NCBI GenBank assembly: GCA_043228905.1
Contig: JBHGNT010000005.1
Location: 10,106,001-10,170,000 of the forward strand
Length of the DNA stretch: 64,000 bases
Source of the DNA: Azolla caroliniana
Taxonomy: Eukaryota > Plantae > Polypodiophyta
Reading direction: 5' to 3'
Translations under genes and position numbers: made by a program
In this document: positions 12,668 to 24,931 of the stretch, piece by piece
Numbering within the stretch: the stretch's first letter is position 1
How the letters are laid out: each line of letters opens with the position of its first letter
Notes under the pieces: generated by a model
Told to the model about the DNA's origin: nothing
Database searches by the model: none
The model's input: only the letters and a program-made list of their open reading frames with translations

Positions 12668-14954
12668 GTCCAGCCAAAATAGGAGCCGTTTGGTTGGACA
12701 GCCCTAGATCTGTGCAGCCCATTAGTGGTTCCATTCCCTCTAAGCAAGTTAGTGATGTGTTCGTAGCCCAAGTAATAGTTAGTACTAAAAGTACCCCTCC
12801 AGTACATGTCCTAGCACTCCTAGATTCCGGAGCTAACTCTTGCTTTATGGATAAGAAATTTGTTCACGCTCATAAGATATCCCTAAGAAAACTCCAGTGT
12901 CCAGCCTCTGTAGTAGTCATTGATGGACGTCCCATTGCTTCCGGAAATATCATAGAAGAGTCAGAGCCCATTAATATTGTCCTAGATAACTTAGCATGTG
13001 TAGTATCATTTAATATTATTAGTATCCCAGAACATCCTATAGTTTTAGGATTACCGTGGTTCGAGTTACATAACCCAGACAAAGATTGGAGAACAAGAGA
13101 AATCCGGTGTCGACAAACCCAAGGGTCAACTCAGAAGATGGCAACCAATTCGCTACGTCAGTTGCGTAAAGAAGGGCACAAGGAGGAAATGTTCCTCTTT
13201 GCAATATCAGTAAACCCCTCCAGCACCACTAAAGAAGAATCCACCGTTCAACTTCCCGAGAAGTATCGTCATTACGCTGATGTGTTCGATAAAGTACAAG
13301 CCAACACACTTCCTCATCATCGACCGTACGATTGCCCCATCGATTTACAACCGGGAAAAAAGCCGCCATGGGGACCGATCTACAATTTGTCACCAACCGA
13401 GCTGGAAGTCCTTCGGGCCTATATAGAGGAGAATTTGGAAAATGGTTTCATTCGGCATTTGAAATCTCCAGCCGGCGCGCCCATTTTCTTTGTCAAAAAA
13501 AAGATGGATCGCTTCGTCTCGTTGTAGATTACTGTGGCTTGAATAAGGTTACAATCAGGAATAGGTATGCTCTTCCCCTTATCTCAAGTCTTTTAGAACT
13601 GATCAATGGTGCTAGGTTCTTCACGAAGATCGACTTACGGGGAGCATATAACCTCGTACGGATCCGACCAGGAGACGAATGGAAGACCGCGTTTCGCACC
13701 AAATATGGGCACTTCGAGTATACGGTCATGCCGTTCGGCCTCACTAATGCGTCGGCAGTCTTCTAGCACATGGCTAATGATATATTCCGAGATCTATTGG
13801 ATGATTGTTTGATCATCTATTTGGATGATCTACTGGTTTATTCAAAGACCCAAGAAGAACATGATTCTCATGTACTATTAGTACTAAAACGAATTCGAGA
13901 ACATGGTCTATATGCAAAACTGGAAAAATGTAGTTTCGGGTGCAACCAAGTGGAATTTCTCGGCTACATCATTTCGTCAGAAGGCATCTCCATGGACCCA
14001 GCTAAGGTCAAAACGGTGGTAGAATGGCAAACTCCGCGTTCGGTGTGGGATGTGCAATGCTTCTTAGGCTTTGCCAATTTTTACCGAAAGTTCATACAAG
14101 ATTACTCAAAGATCGTTCTACCTCTCACACAACTTACCAGGAAGGGACAACCGTTCATCTGGTCTGAAGAAACGGACATGGCTTTCGAGAGTCTTAAAAA
14201 GGCATTTACATTGGCTCCAATTCTAGCTCATGTCGATCTGGAAAAACCATTCATTATCGAAGCTGACGCATCAAATTTTTCATTGGGGAGCATTCTGTCA
14301 CAACAAGGGAATGATGAGAAGCTACATCCTGTGGCTTTTCACTCACGCAAGTTTGACGCCGCCGAAATCAACTACGAAATTCATGATAAGGAGCTATTGG
14401 CAATAGTGGATTCTTTTATGCAATGGAGGCATTTTCTGGAGGGATCCTCTCATCCAGTCACCGTATTTAGTGACCACAAGAATCTTGCCTACTTTCAGGA
14501 TGCTCGTGTGTTGAATCGACGTCAAACTCGGTGGGCCCACTTCCTCACGCATTTCGACTTCAAAATTACATATTGTCCGGGGAGGCACCAAGGGAAGGCA
14601 GATGCATTATCACGGCGTTCGTATCTAGCACCCCGTCCCAGCGAGCTAGCTTTCGATAACCAAAAACAAGTCATCTTGGGACCGGCACGACTACAAGCAA
14701 CACAGATCTTTGACATGCCTATGTATTCCCGCGTTATCGATACCATACGTGAAGACTTGAAGACAGATGTGTTCGCCCAAGCTATACTAGCACAAATTGA
14801 TCCCTCTCGAGCGTCGTGTTCACAGTCGCAACCACCAGGTACGGACTATCGGCAATTCAAATACCATGATGGATTACTCTTCTTTAAAGAACTTTTGTAT
14901 GTTCCTAATGGTTCTTGCCGCCTTCGAGTAGTACAAAACTGTCATGACACATAT
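12655..14954 (+). pseudogene. pol: Pol 5' part (protease, RT, RNase H), disrupted
   Basis: LLDSGA protease, YLDDLL RT and ADAS..DHKNL RNase H motifs. Frameshift in the A run near 13495-13502, stop at 13764-13766, cut by the nested insertion at 14955. Confidence 0.92.
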
Positions 14955-15457
14955 TGTTGTTTGTCTGGCCGGACTAGCCTCAACACAGGTGTCTATCCGA
15001 CACTTCTCCAAAGGGGTGGTAAGGATTGGATGCTAGGTTAGACGCGTAAGATGATAACAATTAAGCACAGACGGTAAACAATACGAGATACAGATAAACA
15101 CGCAATAATTACTATTGTATTACTTCCGTCAAAACCCTTTACAAATCATCGGATCCTTTTATAGGCATCCGGCAAGGTTACAATCGGTGCGCTTAGGCAA
15201 CCGACATCCAAATCGGTCCGGATCCGGATCGGTACAACTGTACCGGATCTGTCCCTCCGAATAATAATTCTACTATTATTTACTTCCTATTATCCGATCC
15301 GACTCCGCCTTCCCACTTGTCCTTGCTCTTCTGACCGGCCAACACATGGCACGCCCGTGGGAAAGTGCCTTGCACTTCGAATCCACTCCCGACCTCAGTC
15401 TTCCTCCAAAATATCGAGCACACTCTGCTCGATGGTGTCAAGTGGTGCTTCTTCCTC

Positions 15458-18400
15458 CTATTCCTGTTCCTTGCCTGCCTGGTCTCCGACCTCCGGTTGG
15501 GTGGGTTGTTCCGTAAAAATTTGCTGCTCCAACTCTGCTTGATTCTGTGGTGCCGGTGCTTCCTCACCGCTTCGTCCGGGTTCTTCCTGTTCTCCCTCCG
15601 TTCCTGGCTCTGTTCTGTTACCAATGTCGCTTTCTCCGGTCTCGACTGGTCGACTCGATATGCCTCCTTCCTCTGCTCTGGTGTCTTCCGGTCTCAGCTC
15701 TTCTTCTTCTCCGGCATCGGTCTGCTCCTGCTCTTCTTCAAGTTCTTCTTCGGGTATTCCTCGTCGGGGTTGTTCGGTGTCGGTTGGTTCATCTTCAGCC
15801 GGTCGCTCTCCCTCACTTATCGTGATTGGCGTCGTTCTTCCCTTAGCTTCCTGTCGTAACCGGTCCTGCTCATATCTCTCCAACTCCAACTGAGTTGCGA
15901 GCTGCCCGTCATCCAACCTCTCTACCAACCCTCAGATTTCTTTGAGGTGTTCTTCTGCTAAAGTGTAGAAATCCTCCGACAATTCTTCCCGAATGGCGAC
16001 GATACTTTCTTCATCCATCTTGTAGAACTTGTCACCGGTCTTCCTCCGATTCTCGGCATCCGCTCGGAGTGTCTGCAGCTCGGCTGCCTGTTGTGACCAC
16101 TCCTTCCATAGCTTTTCCGTACTTTCTTTGATGCTTGCCTGAGCTCGGGTACTCCATCCTGACATGATGAGCTTGATCCGGTCAACCCCTGCCTTAGCAT
16201 GCGCATAAGCTTCCTGCTTTTCCTTCCTTGCCCGTTTTATAATGTCGGCCATTATCTGAGCTTGGGCCTCGTAATCCGCTTTCTGCTTTTCATAGGTACT
16301 TTGCAGTTTGTTGATCGTGAAGGTCGATTTTTCCTTTTCTTCATTCCTGATCTTGGTCAGGTCCAGCTTTTCCCACCTTAGCGCCTCTAATTCCTTCCTT
16401 CTCTCCGTCGCTTGGGCTATTTCCGCCGACAATGCTTCCTTGTTGGCACTGACCTCATCCATTGCCTTAGCCAGGTCTAATCGGGTCTCTTTGAGTTGTT
16501 CTTTCAGTTTCTCTATTTGCCGGTCGTAGTCTGCTGCCCGTTTCTTGTTGTCCGACTCGGCCTGCTTGTGATCTCGGTAGAGACGGTCGAAGTCCTCCGT
16601 CTTCTGCTTCAGGCGTCGGTTTGCCTGAGCTCTTAACCGATCATCCCGGTCCTTCTGTTGTCGGAGTTCTTCCTGCAGTCGTTCTATCTCTTGCTCGGCA
16701 TGTCGACGTAGTCGGTCCTTCTCCTTTTGCAGCTTCTCTTTTTCTTCTTGCAGTCGGTCATTAGCGGCTCGACCTTTCCGGAGGCCTTCTTCCATTTTTC
16801 GTCTGTCGTCCTCCACCGCTTTCCGCTACTCCCTTTCTCTTTCCCTTAATGCCTCCTAAGCTTTTAACTCCTCTCGTAAGGTTTCTATTATTTTTTCGGT
16901 CTCAGGGCCGGTTTGCAAGGCTACCGGTTCCGGTTCCGGTTCTGGTTGCTTCCTTGTTGTCCCGACCGGCTCGGTGACAACTTGTGCCTGTTGAATTCCT
17001 TCCCTTGCCTGCAACAGCTCCCCTTGCATTTCCTCGATCTGTGTTCGGAGCGCGACCAACTCCTGAGTTGTTGTATGCGTCAGCTCTTGCCTACACGTTT
17101 CTTCTTTTTCTAACTGGTCCGCTACTCCCGATAACTGCTCCGAAAGCCATCTCAGCCATTGTGGCTTTGTTCTTCCTGTGTCGGGGTGGCCTTGCTCACT
17201 TAACTCAGGCTGTTTTTCCGGCCTTTTCTCTGGCTCCGGCACTTGTTCCTTCTTCTTCTCTAGGATGACCAGTTCTCTGAAGTCCGGCCCAACCGGTGTC
17301 GGTGCTGCTTCCCTCGGTACGGGTTCCGGTGTTGTTTCCGCCTCGGCTACTAGAGATGGTCCTTGCGCCCTCTGCTGAGTTCTGTCCACTGGTGGAGCCG
17401 GTCCTTTCGCCCGTTTCTCCCGACCTTGTCTTGTTGGGAGTCTTACCAGTGGTTCGGATGAGTCTTCTGTTTCAACTTCCTCCTCCGGTGCGGTTACCAG
17501 ACGGACCTTTTGTATAAAGTCCTCTGGTTCCGGTTCCGGCCGTCGCAGCGTTATATGGATTGGTTTGCGCGCTACCGGTTCCTCCTCGGCCGATTTCCCT
17601 TTGCCTTTACCTGCCGGTTTTGCCTTTGTTGCCGGTTCCTATTGCTGTCGGGATGGTCCTTCCCCCTGTTGTTCTGCTTCTTGCTGGGTCCATCCGGGGG
17701 TGTGTTTCTCCAAGATCTGTCGGCGCTTTGTGACCTTTTTCGGCGTCGTCTCCTGCCGACCTCTTTTCTTTTGTGTGATGGGGAGCACCAGTGGGACTAA
17801 CACCGTTAGCCATTGTGCTATCCCGGCCCATGGCTTTTTTCCTTCCACAAGATTTTTGATGGCCTCCTTCAATCCTTCGGTTATGAAATGGAGCCAGTCT
17901 ATTTGTAAGCCTTCGTACGCTGCTATTAAGAACGCTGCCCCGTACTTGGCTATGGCCGAGGGACGGGGATTCACGAATCCGTATTCCATCATGGCGCGGG
18001 CCACTTCTCCGAACAGCAGGTTCTCTCCGCCCTGCGTTCGGTACGCCTTGCTGCTGATAGAGTACTCACCGAAATATTCAAACAGGATCTCACTTGAAGG
18101 GTTTTCGATTGTTTGAAGTCCTCCTGCTTTTATCCCCGTGAGCGCCTGCACCGCTCCTTCCGTGACTTCTGATATATCGATTGATGCTGCCGCCTGCTCT
18201 GGTTCTGCGTGTGGTGGAGCGTCGGCGATCCGCAGCAATCCTTTTAACCCGTTCTCCCTCATCCATTGGCGTGCCTCTTCCGACAGTACCATTGTTTCGA
18301 ATTCTTCTTCTGCTGCCTGTTGTTCGGGATCGCGCTGTGTGTGCTCTGTGCGTCGGATCGCTCTTCTGTGCTTCTGCGCCTGTATGTAGGAAAATTCGTA

Positions 18401-18493
18401 AAAAGTGAGCCCTTCGCAGGCCTGTGTCTTATATAGTGGCTTTTGCCTCGAGCCGCCCTTTTTCGTTTCCCGCGCATGTTCCTCTCCCGCCAT
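15458..18493 (-). pseudogene. extra ~1000-codon ORF (coiled-coil, Glu/Lys/Pro-rich) downstream of integrase
   Basis: ORFs 17639-18556, 16856-17389, 15932-16816 and 15458-15928 share one frame, separated by point stops. Probable start MAGEE at 18493. Confidence 0.75.
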
Positions 18494-18757
18494 AATTAGT
18501 ATGTCCTTCCTTGTTTGCCGCGTGTGAGTGCCCACGTTCCATGCTTTAAATAGCAAGTACGCGCACGTCCTTCTTTAATGCATGGCGCCTCTTCGTTGCA
18601 TGGTGGCGCTCCCACCTCTTGTGATCTCCCCATTATTACTATGATTCGCGTCGATTTTGCCCACGTCTTCTTCTTTTTTTTTCTTTTTTCTTTTTTTTTT
18701 TCTTCTTCTTTTTTTTTTTTTTCTTTTTTTTCTTTTCTTTTCTTTGTTTGGACCACG

Positions 18758-21700
18758 TCATTTGCTGGTCCCCCCCGATTTGTTCGGGTCGATTCGTGTG
18801 GATACCGGATCCTTCTGTCGGTTTTCCGGGATCGTCTTTGTCCATATCGGTGTCGGTTCTTCATCTTGCCGGATTTCCGGGTTTTGCTTGAACGGGTTTG
18901 CTGGCATATTTCCCTTATACGGCTTTAGCCGAAATCCATTTGCCCACTTGCCGATGACATCTCCAGACAACGTGCCGAGCTGATACGACCCGTTGTACTC
19001 CTTGGTGATCCAGAACGGTCCGGTCCATCGAAACCGCAACTTTCCCGGCATGTTCCCCATCCGTGTCTGGAATAGTAGCACCGGTTTCCCGACTTCGAAC
19101 TCCTTTTCATTGCCACGCCGGTGTCGGTCCACGAAAGCTTTTCTCCTCCTTTGCTCCAGTTCGAGTTGTAGTAAGCTGGCTATTCGGTTTTCTTCTAATT
19201 CCAACAACGTCGCCAGCCGGATTCGTTCGGACTCGTTCTCACTTAAGCGCTCCTTCACCTGAATCCGTAAGCTGGGGATCTGGAACTCTACCGGCATGAC
19301 CGCTTCTAAACCGAATGCTAGTCGGAACGGGGTTGTCCGGATGCTGGTTTTGTAGGTTGTTCGGTACGCCCATAGCGCGCTTTGCAATTTCGTATCCTAG
19401 TCGGTCCGGTTCTCGTTGACGATTTTTCGTAGGATGTTCTGCAGAGTTTTGTTCGTTGATTCCGCTAGTCCATTGGCTTGAGGGTAGTAGGGAGTACTCT
19501 TTTTATGTACCACCGCGTAAAATGACGTCAGGCTTTCTACTACCTGCCCGAGAAAATGTCCTCCTTGGTCACTTATAAGCTTGATCGGGCATCCATACCG
19601 GCACCATATGCACTCGTACAGAAACTTTGTCGTGGACGCGGCCGTGTTGTCCCGTAAGGCCTTTGCTTCTACCCATTTGGTGCAATAGTCGGTCGCCACT
19701 ATGACATACCGATTTCCGGTTCGCATTGCCGGTGGTTTGAAGGGACCGACAAAGTCCAACCCCCACTTTTGAAACGGTTCCAAGGGCAAGACCGGGTGGT
19801 GTGGCATCCGGGCCTGCTCTGTGGGTTGGCCCAGTCGTTGACACAAATCGCATTCTCTGCTATACTTCACGGCATCTTTTAGGGTGGTCGGCCACCACAG
19901 TCCGCTCTGCCATATTTTCCGAGCGGTTGCGTCGCCAGCATAATGCCCACCGGCAATTCCACAGTGGGCTTCCCTGAGGATTAAATCCTTCTCATCGCTC
20001 CGCACTGCTCGTCTCCAGATGCCATCTGCCCCCTTGTGATAGAGGGTGTCTCCAACCAAGCAGAAATGTCTACTTCTTACTGCTACCCTTTTCCTTTCAT
20101 CGTGGTTCATGTTCTCCGGGGGAACTCCGGTGCTCAGGAACTGATGCATCTCAGTTAGCCATGTGTCTTCATCGGCTACCGTTGTATCCGTTGCCGGTTT
20201 CGTCGTGATCCGGAACAATTCGGCGTCGGGAAACTCATCTTGGACGCCGTTCCCTGCTTCTCCGGATTCGAGTCTGCTTAGGTAGTCCGCTACCGCATAC
20301 TGCGCCCCGGGTCGGTGGAAAATGTCGAATTCAAATTCCTGTAGCAGCAGTGTCCACCGTACAATTTTTCCCGTCAGGGATGCCTTCGAGACCAGGTAGA
20401 GTAGTGCCGAATGGTCGACATGGAAGGAAAACTTCCTTCCGAGCAGATAGTGCCTGTACTTTGTGACACTATACACCATTCCCAATGCCTCGCGTTCCGT
20501 CGTAGAGTAATTCCGTTCGGCTTTTGAGAGTTTCCGGCTTGCGTAGTACACCGGTCGGTACCATTTCGGCTCCGTGAGTTGCATCAGAACGCTGCCGATT
20601 GCTACGTCCGACGCGTTGACGAAGACGTGAAAGCTTTTACTCCAATCCGGCGGTTGCACCACCGGAGCTTGCGACAGCATAACCTTCAACGCTTTGTAGG
20701 ATTCCTCCTCCGTCTCCACCCATAGGAAGGGTACCCTATGTACGGTGGTATGTAACGGTGTAGCGAAGTCTGCGAGGTGCCGTATCATCCGGCTATGCCA
20801 CCTTATTTGGCCCAGGAACCGGCTTAAAGCCTTTGCGTTACTTGGTGCTGGTGCCTCGAGAATCGCCTTGACTTTATTCGGATCTACCGCGATTCCTTCC
20901 TTACTCACCACGTGCCCTAGTAAGTTGCCGCTTGCCACTCCAAAGACGCACTTGGCCGGGTTCAAGCTCAATCGGTACTCGCGGCACTTCTCCAAGCACA
21001 GCCGGAGGTGATCGAGATGCTCTCCGTGCCGGCTGTAGACCGCGAAATCGTCAAGGAAGACCTGCATAAAACCGGGGATATATTCCCCGAAAATTTCCAT
21101 TATTATCCTTTGAAAGGTCACTGGAGCCGTCTTTAGTCCGAACATCATCACGACCGTGACGAACACTCCCCATTCCGTCACGAACGTTGTCTTCTCCTGG
21201 TCGGCCGGGTTCATTCGTATTTGGTTGTAGCCGCTAAATCCATCCAGGAAGCTGTAAACTTCGTGGCCGGCTACCGCATCTAACACCCCGTCCGTAAATG
21301 GTAGTGGAAACGCATCGGTCACTATTGCGGCATTTAGTTTTCGGTAGTCCACGCATACCCGGATTTTGCTGTTCTTTTTCGGGACCACCACTATCGGACT
21401 CAGCCAGGTTGCCTGCTTGACCGGTCGGATAAATCCGACCCGGAGGAGCTTATCAATTTCCTCCTTCACCTTTGCCGCATAATTCGGATTCATCCGGTAC
21501 CTGCGTTGAGCGATCGGTTTCGCGTCCGTACATAGGTGAATTTGGTGCTGATAGAGCTGGGGGTCCAGCCCTCGCATGTCTTCGTACGACCACGCGAACA
21601 CATCCTTGAAGTCTGTTAATAATGCTACCATTGCCTTCTTTTCTTCCTTCGGCAATTCCTTTGCAACATTTACCGGTCGGGGCTTGTCTGCTGTGCCGAG

Positions 21701-24500
21701 GTCCACCTCCTCGAGTTGGGATGCTTTTACCCTCTGGGATATCGTCATTTCCATCTCTAGGGATTCCTGCGCTTGTCGCAGTTCCCGGATCGCCGCTTGG
21801 TCCGGTTCATCCGGCGTCGTAATGTACGGTTCTACTGCCGCCGTGATATCCACCTCAAATAGTGGGACGATTCGTGGGTGTTCCTCGAGGTACCGCTCGA
21901 CTTCCTCGTCCAGTAATCCCTCCAACATGTTAATGCTTTCCGCATACAATGGAGTTGCTTCCTTACTGGTGATCACCCGTGGTTGCGTCGTTACTCGTAC
22001 CTTTGTTTTCCCTCGCCAGAATGTGATCATGTTCTTTTGCCAGCTCTGCTTGATATGCGTTGTTCGCAGCCATGGTCGTCCTAGCAGTAGGGGGTACGCG
22101 CCTTGTACATTCAACTGCAGCACCACGGCCGATATCCGGAATACGTGGCCTCCGATCGTTACTTCCAAATCCCGGATAAGCCCGGTCGGTCGGACTGAGC
22201 TGGTATCTGCCATGCGTAACCAGAAGGGGCATGGTTCCCATTCCCGGATGCCCAGGTCGTTGCATGTCTGTTGGCTGATGACATTTACCCCGGAGCCTCC
22301 GTCAATAATCGTTCCAGCAATTTCCTTTCCTTTCACGATTGCCGTGATCGTCGGGCTACTTGTATCGACCACCGCTGGTCCTTCCTCCGGGTTGGAGAAG
22401 AATGCCGGTGCTGGCGTCCGCTTCGGTTTGCTGACGGATGCCTGTAGGTCTGTCGTAAACCGTGGCACTAACTGTAGTAGTCGTGCTAACGGCAGCACGA
22501 TTTGACAGTCTTGTAGCGCTTGCCACGTCGGGTTTTCTCCTGGCTGTATGATTTCTTCGTCTTTTGGCATATTTTGGTCTCTTACTTCTGCCGCATTCTG
22601 TTCATTGGCCTCCTTGATCCATTGTGCCGCTTGTTTTCTGATTGCCTCCTGGGCTTCCCACTCGGCGGTCTTTCCCTTTGACCGGGTTGTGACATGCTGT
22701 ACTTCTGTTATTTCGGCTGTAACCATGTTGACTTCCGGCTGCTTGTGATTGGTTTTGCTTGGGCATTGGTTACTATAGTGGCCTTCCTTACAGCAGTAAT
22801 AACAATACACCTTGTGACTGTTGCTCGTTTCTCCTTTGTCCCCGGTTTGGAGGGTGGGTATGCTCCGGCGGTCGTCTTCGGTTTTTCGGTTATCCGGTAC
22901 CGATACCGGGTTGTCATTCCTCGCTGCCTCCCGACGTTCCTCTCTTCGGAAAAATCCACGCTTCTGATTCCGTCGGAAATTTCGGTTCCCTTGTCGCCTC
23001 TCTTCTCTGCGTCGGTCGTATTCCGGGGATTCGTCTCGGTCGTACCGGTCCCGGGGGTAGCTATCTCTGCATCTCTCCTCTCGGTCATAGTTGTCGTGTC
23101 TTCTATCAGCGTATCTGTTACCGCGTTCGCGTTGGTAGCGGTCATCTCTCCGGAATCGATCCTCGTCCGGGTTCTGATTGCGCGGTTCTATGTGTCGAAC
23201 CGGTGCTGCCTGCCGATTTAACAGGTTATATTCGCATTGGTCCGTTGTATGGGCTCGAGAGTTGCAGATCATACATTGTGTCCGCAGGGTGCAGTCTACT
23301 GTTGAGTGCCCCGAATTTAGGCATGTTGTACATTGTAAGGCCTGTCGAAACCTCAGGTCTTCCTCCTTTGGGAGTGCCCGGTGTAACATCCCCATCGACA
23401 AGAAGGGGCTAGTCTTGTCCATTTCTAAAACCAAGTGCTGGTTTGGAAATCAAGGACTCCGCACATTGTTCGAAGTGGCTCTTTTAGTGCGGCCAAAAAG
23501 ACTGCTTTGGCTTCGTCTTCGGGTGGTGCTCTTGTCAGTTGGTTGTGCAGGGTCTGAAACCGAATGATGAATTGTGGCACAGTCTCGTTCTCTTCCTGCC
23601 GGGTGGTGTAGAACTGCCCGACCAATTCCCTTTGCTCAAATTGTCTGTGAAAAAGCCTGAGGAATCTGGCCTTCAAGACATCGAATGTGGCAAAGCTGCC
23701 TGGTAAGTGCTTTGCGTGCCATCGGGCCGCCGGTCCTTCTAAGGTTATGCCGAATTCGGCGACTTTGGATCGTTCGGCTTCGGGCTCCGTCAGTCTTTGG
23801 GAGACATGGTTGGCTTCCCATGTTTGGAGGAATGCGTACACGTGTGCCTCCGCGTCGGCCTCATCCCGGTACTTTGGGTATGGGTACGGCATCGTGTCGT
23901 CCAACTGACTCTCCTGTTTCCTCCGCTCTCTGTCCGCTGTTGGCGTTGGTGTGAGAACCTTTGGTTCCTCCGCGGGTGTTGCCGGTGTCCGGTCCTTTGG
24001 TTCCTCCGCGGGTGTTGTCGGTATCCGCTCCTTCGGTTCCTTCGCGGTTGTTGTCGGTATCCGGTCAGCCTCCCTCGGCGATTGCCGGTCACCGAATTCC
24101 AGGGTTATTTCTTCCTCTGGCGCCGGTGTTACTGAGTCTTCCGACCCCTCGTCCTCCCGGTTGTTTGGTGTGTCTGGCTGCTTTTATACCGGGACGCAAC
24201 GCTTCCATCGCTTTCCGACTCCGCCTCAAGTGTTGCAAATGCTTCCGAGTCCCCGTCGCCCCCGGCGAGCGTCTGCAGTATCGTTTCCGCCTCTTGCAGG
24301 CTTGTTATGCTGCTGCCTTCGTCGGGGATTTGCAGAACCCGGAACTGCAGTGCTTCTTCTGCGACTCTCCGAAGAGTTTTGGAGAATGACCGATCCCGCC
24401 GGATCTCGTCGACGGCTTGCTGCAGGTCTTCCCGTCGTTGCTCGCGTTCGGTGTATCGTCTCCCTCGTTCGGTGATGTGGTCGTCGTTTGGTCTAGACAT
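18758..24500 (-). pseudogene. gag-pol: Gag-Pol polyprotein of the nested element (capsid, zinc knuckles, PR, RT, RH, INT)
   Basis: ORFs 24129-24584, 23425-23904, 19397-23434 and 18758-19387; motifs IIDGGSG, FLDDF, WGLDFVGP, YYPQANGLAE, WTGPF. Frameshifts in gag and an in-frame TAG at 19397. Confidence 0.92.
23963..24065. repeat. 36-bp tandem repeat x3 in gag 5' region
   Basis: GGTTCCTCCGCGGGTGTTGYCGGTRTCCG... recurs three times. Confidence 0.8.
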
Positions 24501-24931
24501 CCATCCCCCGGTTGTCCTCTGCACTTTGCAGGAATCGTGGTCGCCAAAATAGTGTTGTCTGTCTGGCCGAACTAGCCTCAACACAGGTGTCTATCCGACA
24601 CTTCTCCAAAGGGGTGGTAAGGATTGGATGCTAGGTTAGACGCGTAAGATGATTACAATTAAGCACAGACGGTAAACAATACGAGATACAGATAAACACG
24701 CAATAATTACTATTGTATTACTTCCGTCAAAACCCTTTACAAATCATCGGATCCTTTTATAGGCATCCGGCAAGGTTACAATCGGTGCGCTTAGGCAACC
24801 GACATCCGGATCAGTACAACTGTACCGGATCCGTCCCTCCGAATAATAATTCTACTATTATTTACTTCCTATTATCCGATCCGACTCCGCCTTCCCACTT
24901 GTCCTTGCTCTTCTGACCGGCCAACACATAT

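Larger units (their letters stand above)
14955..24926 (-). mobile_element. Ty3/gypsy non-chromovirus (Athila-like) LTR retrotransposon nested in the integrase of the host element
   Basis: LTRs 14955-15344 and 24553-24926 (TG..CA), TSD CATAT, minus-strand TATA (CCTATAAAAGG), minus-strand gag-pol without chromodomain or extra RNase H. Confidence 0.95.

Noticed and set aside
18496-18983. Poly-Lys and poly-Phe ORFs
   Set aside because: They are translations of the low-complexity A/T tract.
15357-24552. Many plus-strand ORFs inside the nested element (for example 21576-22505, 22759-23412)
   Set aside because: They are antisense shadows of GC-rich minus-strand coding sequence.
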